NCBI GenBank assembly: GCA_965223545.1
Contig: OZ245006.1
Location: 3,488,001 to 3,552,000, forward strand
Reading direction: 5' to 3'
DNA length: 64,000 nucleotides
From: Planctomycetota bacterium
Lineage (GTDB): Bacteria; Planctomycetota; UBA1135; UBA2386
This document shows positions 39,942 to 47,858 of the stretch, piece by piece. Position 1 is the stretch's first letter; every line of letters begins with the position of its first letter. Below the pieces are notes generated by a model. That model was not told the DNA's origin. It was given only the letters and a program-made list of their open reading frames with translations, and searched no databases. Made by a program: the position numbers and the translations under genes.

Positions 39942-40009
39942 GCAGCGCGCGAACCCTCGCGCGTCACTCTTGCGCCGACTCGGTGGCGGCCCTTGCATGG
40001 ACCCCCGCC

Positions 40010-41689
40010 ATGCGCATTCGTCGCCTCACCGCGCACCTGTTGCTCTCGAGCACCGCGCTGCTCGCCTCCTCGTTCCTCGCGATCGCCCCGGCTCAGGCCT
40101 CGCCCGACACACCGGCGACCCCGACCACCGCCCAGCAAGAACCGCTGCTCGACGTGCTCGCCGCGCTCCAACGCCGCCGCGATGAGCTGGCCGCTGCCGA
40201 GCAGGAGCGATCGACGATCACCGATGAGGAGCGCCGGGCGGCCGCGAATGCCAAGGTGACGGAGCTCGAGAGCCAAGTCCTCGAACTCGAACGGCGCTTC
40301 GATGCGCTCGCCTCGGGCGTCGATGGCAGCGCGTTCGTCAAGACCACGCCGGATGACACGACTCTTGCGCAGGAGCTCGAGACGGTGCTGTTGCCACTCG
40401 TGCAGAAGCTCAAGGCGGCCACGAAAGAGCCACGCGAGATCGAGCATCTCAAACAAGAGGAGACTCGCGCCATCGAGAACCGGGACCTCGCCAAGCTAGC
40501 CATGGACCGGTTGGCGCAGCGCATGCGCGAAACGCGCAGCGAGCCGCTGCAGGCCGAGCTGCGCAGTCGGATCGAGACCTGGCGATCGCGCTACCAGGAA
40601 AACGACCAAACCGCGCGCGTGGCCCGGCTGGAGTACGATCGCCGCCTGGAGAACCAACGGCCGTTCCTCGAAGTTGCGGGCGAAGCCGCCGACGACTTCT
40701 TCCAAACGCGAGGACTCAACTTGCTGTTGGCGGCCGGCGCCTTCGTCGCTGCGCTGATCAGTCTACGGATGGTCGGGCGCGCGCTGCGGCGCGTCACTCG
40801 GCGAAAACGACAATCGGTGTACCGCCGCGCACTGGAGGTGCTGTGGAACACGATCACGGTCCTGGCCGCCTTCTTGGCGATGATGGCCGTCCTCTACTTC
40901 GCCAACGACTGGTTGGTCTTGCTGCTGGTGCTGATCTTCTTGGGCGGCCTCGGCTGGGCCAGCATCCAGCTCCTGCCCAAGATGTTCGAACAGGTGCGCG
41001 TGCTGCTCAACCTGGGTGGCATCCGCGAAGGCGAGCGCATGCTGTGGGAGGGTGTCCCTTATCAGATTGCTCATCTCGGAATGTACACCCAGCTGGAGAA
41101 CCCGGATCTCAGCAGCGGCGTGCTGCGCATTCCGATCCGCGACTTGATCGACAAGCACTCGCGGCCAATCGCGGCCGGCGAGCGCTGGTTTCCCTGCCGC
41201 GCGGGAGATTGGGTCTTGCTGGCCGACGACACGCGTGCGCGAGTCGAGATCCAGACCCCCGAGTTCATCCAGCTGCGGTTGCCCGGCGGGGGACCGAAGA
41301 CCTACGCGACCCCCGACTTCCTGGCCTTGGCGCCCAAGAACCTGTCCGGGGGGTTTCGCATCGAGCTGGTGTTCGGCGTCGACTACTCCCACCAGGCGAT
41401 CTGCACGACGGAGATCCCCAAGGCGATGCTGGCGCGCCTGCGGCGCGACTTGCCCGGCGTCGTGCCGGAGTCGGCCACCAAGAGCCTCACCGTCGAATTC
41501 ATGGCAGCCGCCGCATCGTCCCTGGATTACGAGATCCAGGCCGATTTCGACGGCTCGGTGGCCGAGCTGTACGAGCGCATCCAGTTCTCCTTGTCGCGCA
41601 TCTTGGTCGACGCCTGCAACGAGCACGGCTGGGTGATCCCCTTCCAGCAGTTGACCGTGCACCGAGCGATCACCGCGGCGGCCGAGTGA
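40010..41689 (+). CDS. MscS-like mechanosensitive channel family protein with a periplasmic coiled coil
   Basis: Signal peptide, coiled coil, 3 TMs, LLNLGGIREGER, WFPCRAGDWV, QTPEFIQL, FGVDYSHQ, SSLDY, IPFQQLTVH. Confidence 0.8.
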   Translation: MRIRRLTAHLLLSSTALLASSFLAIAPAQASPDTPATPTTAQQEPLLDVLAALQRRRDELAAAEQERSTITDEERRAAANAKVTELESQVLELERRFDALASGVDGSAFVKTTPDDTTLAQELETVLLPLVQKLKAATKEPREIEHLKQEETRAIENRDLAKLAMDRLAQRMRETRSEPLQAELRSRIETWRSRYQENDQTARVARLEYDRRLENQRPFLEVAGEAADDFFQTRGLNLLLAAGAFVAALISLRMVGRALRRVTRRKRQSVYRRALEVLWNTITVLAAFLAMMAVLYFANDWLVLLLVLIFLGGLGWASIQLLPKMFEQVRVLLNLGGIREGERMLWEGVPYQIAHLGMYTQLENPDLSSGVLRIPIRDLIDKHSRPIAAGERWFPCRAGDWVLLADDTRARVEIQTPEFIQLRLPGGGPKTYATPDFLALAPKNLSGGFRIELVFGVDYSHQAICTTEIPKAMLARLRRDLPGVVPESATKSLTVEFMAAAASSLDYEIQADFDGSVAELYERIQFSLSRILVDACNEHGWVIPFQQLTVHRAITAAAE

Positions 41690-41791
41690 CCCGCCGGCGC
41701 GACCTCCAAAGTCGGGCCGCAGGCGTTATTGTTAGTGGTGTCTGCAGTCCCACGTCTGCCCGCGTCCTCGAAACTCCTCAAGGGTCGTTGC

Positions 41792-42784
41792 ATGTTCGTC
41801 CGCTCTCTGATCCCGGCGCTGACTCTGCTCGCGACGGCGGCCCCCGGCACCGCACAGCGCGGTGACCCGCTGCCGCAGGTCGAGCTCGAAGGTTTCAGCC
41901 AGACGCCCGCCACGTCGCTCGATGACTATCGCGGACGGCTGCTGTTGCTCGAGTACTTCGCCTATTGGTGACGCCCGTGCGCCGCCTCGGTGCCGCACCT
42001 CAACGAACTCGAAGCCGAGTTCGGGAGCCGCGGGCTGAGCGTCGTCGGCGTGACCGGCGAGACCAAAGAAAAGACCGAGCCGTGGATCGAGAAGCACAAG
42101 GTGGGCTTCGCCTATGCGTACGACCCGGACAAGGCCCTGTTTCGCGGCCTCCGGCTGCGCGCCTATCCGAGCGCCGTGCTCGTCAGCCCGCGGGGCGAAG
42201 TGGTGTGGAAGGGCCACCCGATGGCGCTGACCAACAGCGAGATCGATCAACACCTGCGTTTCGCCTCGCGCATTCCCGTCGAGACCCGCGCCAAGATGCG
42301 CAGCTGGCCGGCGGCGGCGGCGAGCGTCGTCAAGCTGGTCGACAAGAACAAGCTCGCCAAGGCCCTCGACGAGGCCGAGGAGCTGGCGGCGGCGGACCCG
42401 GCGACGCCGGGAGTCGTCGACGACCTCACCGCGTACGTCGATGGCGTGCTCGGCGACTGCCGGGGCGCGCGAGACGCCGGCGATTTCTTGACTGCCTTGG
42501 AGACCGCGGAGGACTTCGACAAGGCTCTATCGGGGCATGCGCGCGGCGTCGCGTTCCAGGAGATCGTCAAGGAGATCCGCGGCGACAAGACCGCCGGTGC
42601 CGCGATCAAGACGCAGAAGAAGCTGCTCAAGCTCGGCGCCCTCATCGAGCAGACCTCCGCGAGCAAGCTGCCCGGACTGATCAAGACCCTCGACAAGATC
42701 GAAGGCGAGTACCGCGGCACCTTTGTCGGCAAACAGGCGCGCGCGCTGCTGACCCGAGCCAACCGCAAGCTGGTCCGCGGGTAG
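41792..42784 (+). CDS. Secreted TlpA/thioredoxin-like redoxin with a UxxC active site (probable selenoprotein; in-frame TGA at 41969-41971) and a C-terminal helical domain
   Basis: ORFs 41729-41971 and 41990-42784 are in the same frame and read SLDDYRGRLLLLEYFAYW-[TGA]-RPCAASVPHLNEL...GLSVVGV...AYPSAVLVSPRGEVVW. Confidence 0.85.
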
Positions 42785-42791
42785 CGGCCGG

Positions 42792-43673
42792 ATGGCGGCC
42801 GCCCTCGCCCTGCTCGCCGCCTACGCCACCCTGCACGGTGGCGCCGTGCTCTACACGTGGCGGCGCTGCGCGCAACGCGAGCCGTTCTGGCGCCACGCGC
42901 GCCGGCGGTCCGCCGTCTTGGCGCCGCTCAACGCCCTGATCTACGCGTGCTCCGCGCTGCCCGACCGCAGCGTCCACGCCGCCGCGTCAGTCCCCGGCGT
43001 GCGGGGACTGCGCGCTGGTTGGCGCATCGCGAAAGAAGAGGGCACCGCCCTCCTCGAGCGCGACGCGATCCGCCCGCCGGCCTGGACCAACGACGCCAAG
43101 ATCGCGGCCTTCCACGAGCGCGGTTGGCACCCGTACTACTTGCTCTGGCACGGGGACGTCCTGCCATCCGCGCAAGCGACCTGCCCGCGCACGGTGGAGC
43201 TACTGAGCGGCCTACCGCAGGTGCGCGGCGCGATGTTCGCAGTGCTGCGCCCCGGCGCCAGGCTCGAGCCGCACACCGATCCGTTCGCCGGCACCCTCCG
43301 CTGCCACGTCGGCCTGGGCATCCCGGCCGGAGCGGCCTGCTGGCTCGAGGTCGACGGCCAACGCCACACGTGGACCGAAGGCGAAGCGCTCGTCTTCGAC
43401 GAGACCTATCTGCACAGCGCCGCCAACCACACCAGCGATGCGCGGCTGGTGCTGCTGTGCGACGTGGAGCGACCGCTGCGCTACCGCTGGGCCACGGCCC
43501 TTCAGCGCGCGGCCCGCGCGCTGCTGATGAGCGTGGTCGCGGTGCAGAACGAGCCCGGCGACCCGGTGGGTTGGCCGGCGCGATTGGCGGGTCTGCTCGC
43601 CGGACCGCGCCGCGCAGGCGACCCGCGCCGTCAGCCCGCGCCCGCCTCCAACACCAAGTCCCGCGCGTCGTAG
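42792..43673 (+). CDS. Aspartyl/asparaginyl beta-hydroxylase family, LpxO-like Fe(II)/2OG dioxygenase
   Basis: APLNALIYACS, CPRTVELL, AMFAVL, HTDPFAGTLRCHVGL, FDETYLH, RLVLLCDVERP. Confidence 0.85.
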   Translation: MAAALALLAAYATLHGGAVLYTWRRCAQREPFWRHARRRSAVLAPLNALIYACSALPDRSVHAAASVPGVRGLRAGWRIAKEEGTALLERDAIRPPAWTNDAKIAAFHERGWHPYYLLWHGDVLPSAQATCPRTVELLSGLPQVRGAMFAVLRPGARLEPHTDPFAGTLRCHVGLGIPAGAACWLEVDGQRHTWTEGEALVFDETYLHSAANHTSDARLVLLCDVERPLRYRWATALQRAARALLMSVVAVQNEPGDPVGWPARLAGLLAGPRRAGDPRRQPAPASNTKSRAS

Positions 43674-44431
43674 ACCGGTCCCTGCTGGCACGACCGCGAG
43701 TACGGCCAACCGCCGTTGCGCTCGGCCACGACCTCCACCGTGCAGCCGTTGCACACCCCGTAGCCGCACGCCATCACGTTCTCCAAGCTCAGGTAGCAGC
43801 GCATGCCCGCGTCGGCGCAGAGCGCGGCCACGGCGTGCATCATCGGGTCGGGCCCGCAACAGAACACGGTGTCGTCCGTCGCGACGTCACCCGCGTCGAG
43901 GCGCGCGCGCAGCAAATCCGTGACCAGACCACGCATTCCATGGCTGCCATCGTCGGTCGCGGTCCATGTGCGGGCCAGGCCGTCGAAGTCGTCCAAACCG
44001 GCCAGTGCCTCCCGGTTGCGGCCACCGAACAACAGCCGCACCGGAGGCGACCCGGCGCGGCGGCGCTCGCGTGCCAACAACAAGAACGGCGCCGTGCCGA
44101 CGCCCCCGGCAACACACACCGGATCGCCCGCGTCCACGGCAAAACCGCGACCGAGCGGACCGGTCAGCCACACCCCGTCCCCAGGCGCGCACTCCACCAG
44201 TGCCCGCGTCCCGGGCCCGACGACTTTGAGCAGAAAGCTGCCGAACGAGCCGTCCTCGCCGATGTCGTACAGCGAGAACGGCCGCGGCATCAGCACCGGC
44301 CAGCGGACGTCCGTGCGCAGCATGTAGAACTGGCCTGCGCTGGTCGGCGGAATCGGCCCCTCGACCTCTAGCGCCCAGCTATCGCCGCCCAGCGCGCGCA
44401 CGCGCCGTACCTCGTGCCGAGCGGTCTGCAT
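43631..44431 (-). CDS. pyrK: Dihydroorotate dehydrogenase electron-transfer subunit
   Basis: GQFYML, RPFS, GPLGRGF, AGGVGTAP, TDDGSHG, CGPDPMM, MACGYGVCNGC, C..GPV. Confidence 0.88.
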   Translation of the reverse strand: MQTARHEVRRVRALGGDSWALEVEGPIPPTSAGQFYMLRTDVRWPVLMPRPFSLYDIGEDGSFGSFLLKVVGPGTRALVECAPGDGVWLTGPLGRGFAVDAGDPVCVAGGVGTAPFLLLARERRRAGSPPVRLLFGGRNREALAGLDDFDGLARTWTATDDGSHGMRGLVTDLLRARLDAGDVATDDTVFCCGPDPMMHAVAALCADAGMRCYLSLENVMACGYGVCNGCTVEVVAERNGGWPYSRSCQQGPVYDARDLVLEAGAG

Positions 44432-44484
44432 CGCCACCAGAGTATGGCGCCGGGGTTCGGCCACCGCCATACTTCCGCGCCCGG

Positions 44485-45090
44485 ATGCCTGAGCTCACCA
44501 CCTGGATCGCGGTCCCGTTGCTCGGCGGGTTGATCGGCTACGTCACCAACCGGATCGCGGTGAAGATGATCTTCCGGCCGATCCGGCCGGTGTCGGTGCT
44601 GGGGCTCAAGGTCCAGGGATTGATCGGGCGGCGCCAGCGCGAGCTGGCCGAGAGCATCGGCCGCGTCGTCGGCGACCACTTGGTACAGGCCAAGGACGTG
44701 ACCGCGGCGTTCGACCGCATCGACTTGGAGAGCCTGTTCGGCGACGTGCTGGACCACGGGCTGGCCCCCAAGCTCGAGGAGTTCAAGAGCCTGCCCCTGA
44801 TCGGGGGGTTTCTCACCGAGCAGCGCATCGGCGAGATTCGCGACGGCATCGTCAAGCGTGTCCTCGCCCACAAGAAGACGATCCTCGAGAAGCTCGAAGA
44901 AGCCGTCGACGAGGGCTTGGACGTGCGCGAGATGGTGACCGCCAAGGTCGCCGCCTTCCCGGTCGAGAAGCTCGAGACCCTGGTGCTGGACGTCGCCTCC
45001 CGCGAGCTGCGGGCCATCGAGGTGCTCGGCGCGGTGCTGGGGGTCTTGATCGGAATCGGGCAAGTGCTGTTGATTGGCTTCTTGACCTGA
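44485..45090 (+). CDS. DUF445 family membrane protein
   Basis: GGLIGYVTNRIAVKMIFRP, QGLI, ELRAIEVLGAVLGVLIG. Confidence 0.9.
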   Translation: MPELTTWIAVPLLGGLIGYVTNRIAVKMIFRPIRPVSVLGLKVQGLIGRRQRELAESIGRVVGDHLVQAKDVTAAFDRIDLESLFGDVLDHGLAPKLEEFKSLPLIGGFLTEQRIGEIRDGIVKRVLAHKKTILEKLEEAVDEGLDVREMVTAKVAAFPVEKLETLVLDVASRELRAIEVLGAVLGVLIGIGQVLLIGFLT

Positions 45091-45217
45091 TCCACCAATG
45101 GTACGGAGGGCTGGCGATGCCCAGGCCACCGCGACGCCCCAATTCGTCACCGGGAGTGACTCCCGGCGCCAGCCGTCCTAGAGGTCAGCCGACCGAGTCC
45201 CGTTGAACGCGCCACCA

Positions 45218-46420
45218 ATGACTCTCGCCCGCACGACCTCCGCCCTTCTCGGCGCCGCGCTCGCCGCGGCCCCCGCGGCCCAGCCACTCCTGCCCAACTC
45301 GCACGACGGCCTCATGCCGTTTCGGTCACCGCAGCAGAACGTCGAAGCCCCGCAGGACCTGTTCCGCGATCTCCAGCTGATGGTCAGCCTGGTGGAGAAC
45401 CCCGGAGAGTACGAGGTTCACTTCGACGAGGACGGCCGGGAGGTCTGCACCAACCCGATCTGGCAGCGCACCCGCGAGATCATCAAGGGCAAGATGTTCA
45501 ACATGGCGGCGCTGTTCGGCATCGTGCTGCGCGACTCCCGCCACACCAACGACCGCAAGCTGGCCGCGTACGGCACTTTCTACGTCGACAAGGTGAGCGA
45601 CATCTTCGAGCTCATCGCCTTCCTGCCCGGCGAGCCGGCGCGCGAGATCCGCGAGCCGGCCTTTCGCCGCGCGATCGGCTTCCTGCGCGTGCACTGGCCG
45701 CAGGACCAGGAGGTCGACCCCGAGGCGCCGGTCGATCCGGACTACCCGACGCCGCCGCTCTATCGCCTGGACGCCGGACCGTTCTTGGCGCTGCTCGACC
45801 TCGACGACCCGCGCGACCAAGCCCAGGGCTTGTGGTTCTTGAAGGAGCTGTGCGTGATCCGACCGGACACCGCGGGGGTGCTCCTCGGCCACGCCGAGCC
45901 GCGCTTGCGGCGCCTGCTGCAGTCTGACGACCGCATCGTCCATGCCGAAGCGCGAGAGTTCCTGCACTGGGCGGATCCGAAACACCGCGAGCCGCCGCCC
46001 GCGGATGCCGGCGCCGAGGTGTTGATGCAGTGGCTGGACGCCGTGATGTACGACGTGTTCCCGCCGATTCGGCGCGTCAACAAGGGGCGCGTCGATCTGT
46101 ATCCCAGCGACGATCTGACGCGAATCATCGCGGACGGTCAGGAGGCCCTGCGTGGCCAAGCGCTCGGCCGACCGACGTCGGGCCAGCGCCGCGACGGCAC
46201 GCCCTTTCGTGGCTTCAAACTCCAGCGCCTCCCCGCGCCACTCGACAAACTGAGGCTGCCGCTCGACTGCGTGATCCTCTCGATCTCCGGCACTTCGGTC
46301 GCGACCGGCGAGGACATCCTCACCGCGATCGAGGCCCGACTGCGACACGGCAAGAGCTTGCAGGTCGAGTATCAGCTCGGCGAACGCGTGCACATGATGG
46401 AGTACCACGTGCAGCCCTGA
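45218..46420 (+). CDS. Secreted hypothetical protein (HEAT-like helices and a possible C-terminal PDZ-like domain)
   Basis: Signal peptide; helical repeats; C-terminal GFKL...LDKLRL..DCVILSISG..V resembles PDZ. Confidence 0.6.
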   Translation: MTLARTTSALLGAALAAAPAAQPLLPNSHDGLMPFRSPQQNVEAPQDLFRDLQLMVSLVENPGEYEVHFDEDGREVCTNPIWQRTREIIKGKMFNMAALFGIVLRDSRHTNDRKLAAYGTFYVDKVSDIFELIAFLPGEPAREIREPAFRRAIGFLRVHWPQDQEVDPEAPVDPDYPTPPLYRLDAGPFLALLDLDDPRDQAQGLWFLKELCVIRPDTAGVLLGHAEPRLRRLLQSDDRIVHAEAREFLHWADPKHREPPPADAGAEVLMQWLDAVMYDVFPPIRRVNKGRVDLYPSDDLTRIIADGQEALRGQALGRPTSGQRRDGTPFRGFKLQRLPAPLDKLRLPLDCVILSISGTSVATGEDILTAIEARLRHGKSLQVEYQLGERVHMMEYHVQP

Positions 46421-46455
46421 CGACTCGGGTTACTGCCTTCTTCGCTCGGCTTCCG

Positions 46456-47847
46456 TCAGGAACCAATCACGGCCGCAACCGCGTCGGATATGACGACACC
46501 CAACACGGGCCTCTGCGGATCGGGAACGACCGCCTGTTGGAAGAAGTGCGCGCCGATCAAAGACTGCGCCACTGGGACTTGAAGCTGGAGCGTCGCGGAC
46601 GCGCCGACACCTGTCACCGGTACGGCCCCATCCATGCTGACCCTGAGCCAGCAACCAGACAGGCCGAGGACACCCAAATCAAACGGTAGCGGCCCAAGAG
46701 AGCTGACGGTGTTGCTGGTACCGAACAGCAGCACCGCTTGGCTCAAGGGCAACCGCTGCATCTGCAGACTCACCGACAGCCCCAAGCGCGGCGGGCGATC
46801 GGCACTCAGAGTCGGCACCCCCAAGCTACCCGCACATCCGCGGCCGAAGGTGAGGAACGAGCCCGACTGCGCCAGCGCTACCGTGTGGTCGCGGCCGGCG
46901 GCGATTGCCGCGTAGGTCAAGCCGGGCGACAGCCCGGTCACGCTCAGCTGGCGGAGCCCGTTCTCGCCCCAAGCGACCACCGATCCATCGCTCCGGCGCG
47001 CAAGCGAATGATCGTCCGAGGCAGCCACTTCGACGTAGACCAGTCCGGGCGGCAGGGCAGGCACGTTGATTTGGCCGAACGAGTTGTCGCCCCAGCCGAC
47101 CACCGCGCCGTCGCTGCGCAGCGCTACCGAGTGGTCCCGGCCCGCGGCGACGTCGGCGTAGCTGACACCGGGCGGCAGCGACGGCACGACCGGGATCCTC
47201 GTCGGACTACCCCACTCGACCACCGATCCATCGCTCCGGCACGCAACAGTGTGATTCGCACCGGCAGCGACTCCGACGTACCTGTGTCCCCGCGGCAACA
47301 ATGGCACCAACGCCTGTGAGGCACGACCCCATACGATCACCGAGCCGTCGCTGCGCAGCGCGACGCTGTGCCGCTGGCCAGCACCGACGTCGGTGTAGGT
47401 GAGTCCGGGCGGCAGGGCCGGCACGTTGGTCTCGCCGTTCCAATTGGCGCCCCACGCAACCACGACACCATCGCTGCGCAGCGCTACGGCGTGGGATTCG
47501 TAGGCGGCCACCTTGACGTGAGGGGCCCCGGGCGGAGCCGGGGGCACGTCGGTCTCGCCGTTCCAATTCGACCCCCACGCGACCAACACACCGTCGCTCT
47601 GCAGCGCCACGGTGAAATCTCGGCCCGCCGCGACATCGACGTAGCCGCCCCCGGCCGGCAGCGGCGGCACGTTGGTCTGACCGGACCAATTGCTACCCCA
47701 GCCAACAACCGAGCCATCGCTCCGCAGCGCGATTGTGTGGTACTCACCGGCGGCGAGCTCCGCGTACGCAAGGCCGAGCGGCGCCGGCGGCACGGCGATC
47801 TGGCCCAGAGAGTGTGCCCCCCTTCCACCGGCTGCCGATCCCGGCAT
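46456..47847 (-). CDS. RCC1/BLIP-II repeat protein with a C-terminal accessory domain; probably 5'-truncated
   Basis: About 8 repeats of ~40 aa (VAAG..HSVALRSDGSVV.WG.N..GQ.NVP.LPPG); begins mid-repeat and has no signal peptide. Confidence 0.8.
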   Translation of the reverse strand: MPGSAAGGRGAHSLGQIAVPPAPLGLAYAELAAGEYHTIALRSDGSVVGWGSNWSGQTNVPPLPAGGGYVDVAAGRDFTVALQSDGVLVAWGSNWNGETDVPPAPPGAPHVKVAAYESHAVALRSDGVVVAWGANWNGETNVPALPPGLTYTDVGAGQRHSVALRSDGSVIVWGRASQALVPLLPRGHRYVGVAAGANHTVACRSDGSVVEWGSPTRIPVVPSLPPGVSYADVAAGRDHSVALRSDGAVVGWGDNSFGQINVPALPPGLVYVEVAASDDHSLARRSDGSVVAWGENGLRQLSVTGLSPGLTYAAIAAGRDHTVALAQSGSFLTFGRGCAGSLGVPTLSADRPPRLGLSVSLQMQRLPLSQAVLLFGTSNTVSSLGPLPFDLGVLGLSGCWLRVSMDGAVPVTGVGASATLQLQVPVAQSLIGAHFFQQAVVPDPQRPVLGVVISDAVAAVIGS

Positions 47848-47858
47848 CCTAGTGGGAT

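Noticed and set aside
37952..40009. Long N-terminal extensions in the ORF track (1245-aa, 1219-aa, 988-aa, 699-aa and 539-aa calls)
   Set aside because: The extensions run through other real genes; the true starts are downstream (40010, 21562, 61032, 35232, 18045).
41729..41971. An 80-aa stand-alone ORF, or a pseudogene call for the redoxin
   Set aside because: The stop sits exactly at the catalytic Cys position and both halves are otherwise intact, which fits Sec recoding better.
43631..44431. pyrK without adjacent pyrD, and a carboxyltransferase (32061) without its biotin subunit, as novel pathways
   Set aside because: Scattered operons are common in this kind of genome; the partners are probably elsewhere.
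46900..47800. CRISPR or DGR-like DNA repeats
   Set aside because: The ~120-bp periodicity is fully explained by in-frame RCC1 protein repeats, and there is no reverse transcriptase.
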